This document shows positions 33,617 through 37,004 of a stretch of DNA of 37,004 nt, piece by piece. This DNA comes from Firmicutes bacterium CAG:238 (GTDB taxonomy: Bacteria > Bacillota > Clostridia > Christensenellales > CAG-917), in contig CAVKTQ010000001.1 in the NCBI GenBank assembly GCA_963659105.1, forward strand, positions 1 to 37,004. Reading direction: 5' to 3'. The notes under the pieces were generated by a model. The model had not been told where the DNA came from, made no database searches, and saw only the letters and a list, made by a program, of their open reading frames with translations. Within the stretch, counting starts at the first letter, position 1. Each line of letters begins with the position of its first letter. A program made the translations under genes and the position numbers.

Positions 33617-34426
33617 ATGCGTATGCTCAATTTGTTTATAAGGTGTTTGATTTTATACTTCGTATTGCTTGTTGCAATGCGCTTGATGGGCAAACGCCAA
33701 CTCGGCGAATTGCAACCCTTCGAACTTGCGATAACTCTCGTCGCAAGCGACCTCGTTTGCATACCTATGGCGGACTCGTCAATCCCGATTTTGTACGGAA
33801 TTATCCCCGTATTTTCGCTGTTTTTGGTGCATATCATCATCACGAAACTCGCGACAAAAAGCAAAAAATTCCGCAAATTCCTCAACGGCAAACCCATCAT
33901 TATCATACAAAACGGCAACATCCTGCCCGACGTTATGAACGAACTAAACCTCAACATCGACGACGTTATGGAGGCGTTGCGCGGCGCAGGTTGCTTCAAT
34001 CCGTCCGAAGTCGAGTATGCGATTTTGGAAACCAACGGAAATATGAGCGTCCTTCAAAAGTCGCAAAACAGACCTCTCTCGCCCTCCGACGTCGATATAA
34101 ATCCGCCAAAAGCAGAGATTCCCGTGACCGTGATTATGGAGGGCGAATTTGTCGGCGAAAATCTTGCGACGCTCGATGGCGACATAAAAGAGGACGTGCT
34201 TAAATATCTTGACGATATAAAACTCAAACAGCAAGACATACTCGTGCTTCTCGTCGCGGGGCAAGACGTGTTCGTTCAGCCCTACGAGGGCGACTATATC
34301 ACCTCGACTTTGCCGCAACAAGACGATTCGCAAGGAGGAAAAAACGGCAGTCTACAAGACAATCGGGGCGATTCGCAAGAGGTTAAAAATGCGTTTTTGT
34401 CCTATCGCAAAGGTGAGAAACAATGA
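33617..34426 (+). CDS. DUF421 (YetF-like) membrane protein
   Basis: LVAMRLMGKRQLGELQPFELAITLV and GKPIIIIQNGNILPDVMNELNLNIDDVMEALR are characteristic of DUF421. Confidence 0.85.
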   Translation: MRMLNLFIRCLILYFVLLVAMRLMGKRQLGELQPFELAITLVASDLVCIPMADSSIPILYGIIPVFSLFLVHIIITKLATKSKKFRKFLNGKPIIIIQNGNILPDVMNELNLNIDDVMEALRGAGCFNPSEVEYAILETNGNMSVLQKSQNRPLSPSDVDINPPKAEIPVTVIMEGEFVGENLATLDGDIKEDVLKYLDDIKLKQQDILVLLVAGQDVFVQPYEGDYITSTLPQQDDSQGGKNGSLQDNRGDSQEVKNAFLSYRKGEKQ

Positions 34427-34800
34427 AAAAAGTCGTGCTTGCAATCGTGATTTTGGCAGTCATCGTGACGGGCGGAATACTTGAAGATTTTTATATTCAC
34501 AAGACGTTTTCCGCTTTGAACGAAAAACTTGCGTCCCTTGAAAACTCGATAATAAATCAAAGCGACGATTGCCTCGACAAGGCAAACGAGATTTTCGAGT
34601 GGTGGGAAAAGAAGCGTATGTATATGGAACTTTTTGCCTACTCGCCAGACGTGCGTTCCTTCTCGGTTGCGCTTGCCGAAACGCAAGGCTCGCTCGAATG
34701 CGAGGACTATCAGAACGCGCTTTCAAAGTGTCGCTCGCTTATCGTGATGGCGGACAACATCAAACGTCTGCTCGATTTCAATGCGGAAGACATAATCTGA
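34423..34800 (+). CDS. DUF4363-family small membrane-anchored protein
   Basis: 125 aa, SD AAAGGTGAG, ATGA overlap with the DUF421 gene. N-terminal TM and the W..K....ELF..H motif region. DUF4363 usually partners DUF421. Confidence 0.75.
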   Translation: MKKVVLAIVILAVIVTGGILEDFYIHKTFSALNEKLASLENSIINQSDDCLDKANEIFEWWEKKRMYMELFAYSPDVRSFSVALAETQGSLECEDYQNALSKCRSLIVMADNIKRLLDFNAEDII

Positions 34801-34812
34801 AAATGCGGCGCA

Positions 34813-34862
34813 GAGAATGGGAAGAGCGAGTTAAACTCGCTCTTTTTGCCATTCTCGTTTTT
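34813..34862 (+). terminator. Rho-independent terminator (long compound hairpin) of the DUF421-DUF4363 pair
   Basis: Outer stem GAGAATGG/CCATTCTC (34813-34820/34849-34856), inner stem AGAGCGAG/CTCGCTCT (34823-34830/34836-34843). T-runs follow both the inner and outer stems. Confidence 0.75.
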
Positions 34863-34929
34863 ACGATTTTGCATATTTGTGTTCTCGTATTTTTATATTC
34901 TCATATGCGCATATCTAAATATATGCATA

Positions 34930-36300
34930 TTAGAATCGGTCTTTCAAATCGTAAATGTCGCCTGCGCCTATCATCAAGACAACGTCGTGGTATTTTGCAT
35001 GCGACTTGACAAAATCGAGAGTTGATTGCTTATCTTTGACAAGATAAACGCCTCTTTTGCGATATTTGTCGAAAATCGCCGTTGCCAAAACGTCGCTTTC
35101 GACGCCGTTTGAAGGCACTTCGCGCGCGGCGTACGTCGGCATAATCGCAAGGGTTTTCACGCCGTTGTTTCTTGCGCCCAGCGCTCTTGCGAAATCGTCG
35201 AGATACGCCTTTGTGCGCGAGTATGTGTGCGGCTGAAAAACCACGAGCAGTTTGCCGAGTTTTGCGGCGCGAGATATGACCGATCGAATTTCGCTCGGAT
35301 GATGCGCAAAGTCAAAATACACTTTCGTTTTTCCTACGTCGTGCGCGCGCTCGAATCTGCGCTTCACGCCTTTGTACTGTTGCAAGACACTTGCGCTTTT
35401 TTCAAAATCCAGTCCGCACGCACAAGCGGCGGCAAGCGCAAACGTTGCGTTCTCGAGATTGTATCGTCCGCCGTCTTGCAATTTGAGCGTTGACGTTTTT
35501 TTGCCGTCGCAAACAATTGCGCCGCTTTGATTGAGGAACGTATGTATCGTCTTCTGATTGTCGTTTTGCACGCACACGCAAAATCCGTCGCGCCTTTCGC
35601 CTTTGCAATCGCCAATCAAATCGAGATTGCTTTGCTCGACGATTTTGACTTTTGTTTTTTTTAGAAACGCGGCAAATGTTTCCTTCACGTTTTTCAGGCT
35701 GGCATAGCAATCTGGATGATCGCACTCTGCGTTCAGCACCGCAGCAACGTCGGGCGAAAGCGAAAGCAAATTGCGCTTGTACTCGCAAGCCTCGCAAACG
35801 AATATACAATCTTTCAAATCCGCAATACGCCTTGCGTTTGTATTGTTGACATAATTTGAAAAATCTATGCTCTCTCCGCCTATCATTGCCGCAAATTTTA
35901 CGTCGTTTTCAAAAAGAATTTGAGCGAGCATTGCCGTTGTCGTAGTTTTGCCGTGCGTGCCTGCAATCGCCACGACCTTTCCGAACAGACGGGAAACTTC
36001 CGCAAGAAATTCGTGCCGCTCGTATGTCGGTATGCCCGTTTGTTTTGCAAACGTAAGTTCTTGATTATCCTTTGGAATCGCCGAAGAAAACACCACAAAA
36101 TCCGACTTTTCAAGCAGAGAAAAGTCGGGAGTTTTGCTTATTTTCGCACCGTTTTTCATAAGTTCTTGGCACAAATCGTTGATTTTTGCGTCGCTTCCGC
36201 AGACCTCGATTCCGAAATCCGCCGCAAATTTGGCAAGAGCGTTTACCCCTACGCCGCCTACCCCCACGAAATAGCCCGTTTTTACCGCCGAGAAGTCCAT
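34930..36300 (-). CDS. murC: UDP-N-acetylmuramate--L-alanine ligase
   Basis: 456 aa. GVGGVGVNALAKF...GSD N-terminal Rossmann segment, GTHGKTTTTAML P-loop, Mur ligase middle and C-terminal domains. Confidence 0.85.
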   Translation of the reverse strand: MDFSAVKTGYFVGVGGVGVNALAKFAADFGIEVCGSDAKINDLCQELMKNGAKISKTPDFSLLEKSDFVVFSSAIPKDNQELTFAKQTGIPTYERHEFLAEVSRLFGKVVAIAGTHGKTTTTAMLAQILFENDVKFAAMIGGESIDFSNYVNNTNARRIADLKDCIFVCEACEYKRNLLSLSPDVAAVLNAECDHPDCYASLKNVKETFAAFLKKTKVKIVEQSNLDLIGDCKGERRDGFCVCVQNDNQKTIHTFLNQSGAIVCDGKKTSTLKLQDGGRYNLENATFALAAACACGLDFEKSASVLQQYKGVKRRFERAHDVGKTKVYFDFAHHPSEIRSVISRAAKLGKLLVVFQPHTYSRTKAYLDDFARALGARNNGVKTLAIMPTYAAREVPSNGVESDVLATAIFDKYRKRGVYLVKDKQSTLDFVKSHAKYHDVVLMIGAGDIYDLKDRF

Positions 36301-36435
36301 ATTTCATTATATGAAACAGCACTCGATTGCGCATACGTCTTTGAAAAAAGCAACACGGGCGCATTATTTGTCGTCACAATATTCATACATTTGTGCGATT
36401 AATGTGCTGTTTTGATACTATTTTGCGATTTTGTA

Positions 36436-36464
36436 TTGTTATTTTCACCGCAGCGTGCTACAAT
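36436..36464 (+). promoter_or_regulatory. Sigma-A-type promoter of spoVG with an extended -10
   Basis: TTGTTA (36436-36441), 17 nt, TGCTACAAT (36456-36464). SD GAGGTGAGGA precedes ATG 36489. Confidence 0.5.
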
Positions 36465-36488
36465 AAGAAAAATCGCTGAGGTGAGGAT

Positions 36489-36761
36489 ATGAAAATTTCA
36501 GACGTCAGAATCAGATTAATAGACCAAGAAGCAGGCAAATTGAAAGCGGTTGCGTCACTTGTCATCGACGATTGTTTTGCCGTCCACGACATAAAGATAG
36601 TGTCGGGCGAAGGCGGCGCGTTTATCGCAATGCCGTCGAGAAAAACTCCCGACGGCGACTACAAGGACATCGTCCACCCCATCAACAGCGAGACGCGCGA
36701 ACTTTTCAAAAACACGATTATCGAAGCGTACGAACTTGCGCTCTCGGAGCAGCAAAACTGA
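36489..36761 (+). CDS. spoVG: Septation/regulatory protein SpoVG
   Basis: 90 aa. MKISDVRIRLI...KLKAVASLVIDDCFAVHDIKIV.G..G.FIAMPSRKTPDG.YKDI.HPI is the canonical SpoVG sequence pattern. Confidence 0.95.
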   Translation: MKISDVRIRLIDQEAGKLKAVASLVIDDCFAVHDIKIVSGEGGAFIAMPSRKTPDGDYKDIVHPINSETRELFKNTIIEAYELALSEQQN

Positions 36762-37004
36762 AAACAACGTTTGAGCCACGCAAACGCATACACAAAACAC
36801 GCAAAAACCGTGCAAATAATCGTATAAACGTGCAAATACACACGAAAGTCATGTCGATATCATATGAAAATTTGCAAAATCTCCTGAAAAACTTTGCAGA
36901 AACGAGAAAATATCGTGTGAAAAACACGCAAATAACCGCATAAAAATCACAAAAAAACGCTCGCAATTTTACGAAAATCCGCTCAAATGCGGATGAGTTT
37001 TCAC

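Noticed and set aside
34903-34930. AT-rich perfect palindromes ATATGCGCATAT (34903-34914) and ATATGCATAT (34921-34930), and a related CGCATATATGCG at 26914-26925.
   Set aside because: They are real in the sequence, but short, AT-rich and few. I cannot distinguish a regulator site from chance with only three instances.
34803-35009. A small hydrophobic ORF (MRRREWEERVKLALFAILVFTILHICVLVFLY...) immediately after the DUF4363 stop.
   Set aside because: It is read through the terminator hairpin 34813-34856 and continues antisense into the murC 3' end. It has no SD.

Overview
The window reads as core chromosome of an anaerobic, spore-forming Firmicute (Clostridia-like). There are about 33 protein-coding genes, most on the minus strand up to ~26.9 kb and mostly plus-strand after that. 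No rRNA, tRNA, CRISPR array, transposase, integrase or recognisable defence gene is visible.

Recognisable content, left to right:
- PLP-dependent Orn/Lys/Arg decarboxylase; a frameshifted lipoprotein alpha/beta-hydrolase; an O-antigen-ligase-like membrane protein; a zinc-less MDR dehydrogenase.
- RNase G with its usual radical-SAM (TIGR03960) and TIGR03936 partners.
- ROK kinase and a membrane-anchored GH78-like glycosidase.
- A division/shape cluster: maf, mreB-like, minD, minE, and a SpoIVFB-like M50 protease. It is interrupted by a low-GC lipoprotein + XRE islet.
- Ppx/GppA, then a complete rnfCDGEAB operon.
- Two adjacent half-size TauE/SafE (TSUP) genes.
- A 1456-aa surface protein built from five diverged CBM-like modules.
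- A SpoVB-like flippase, a DUF421/DUF4363 pair, murC and spoVG.

The least ordinary signal is non-coding. Two families of dispersed intergenic repeats occur here.
- Family 1 is a comb of short hairpins joined by GATATCAT linkers. Stems are essentially invariant and loops vary between copies.
- Family 2 is a GC hairpin followed by an AATTATTAATTATTCATTATTAATT tract.
- A 562-bp coding-free segment is bracketed by inverted family-2 arms.

All calls rest on reading the sequence and recalling family motifs. No database search was run.
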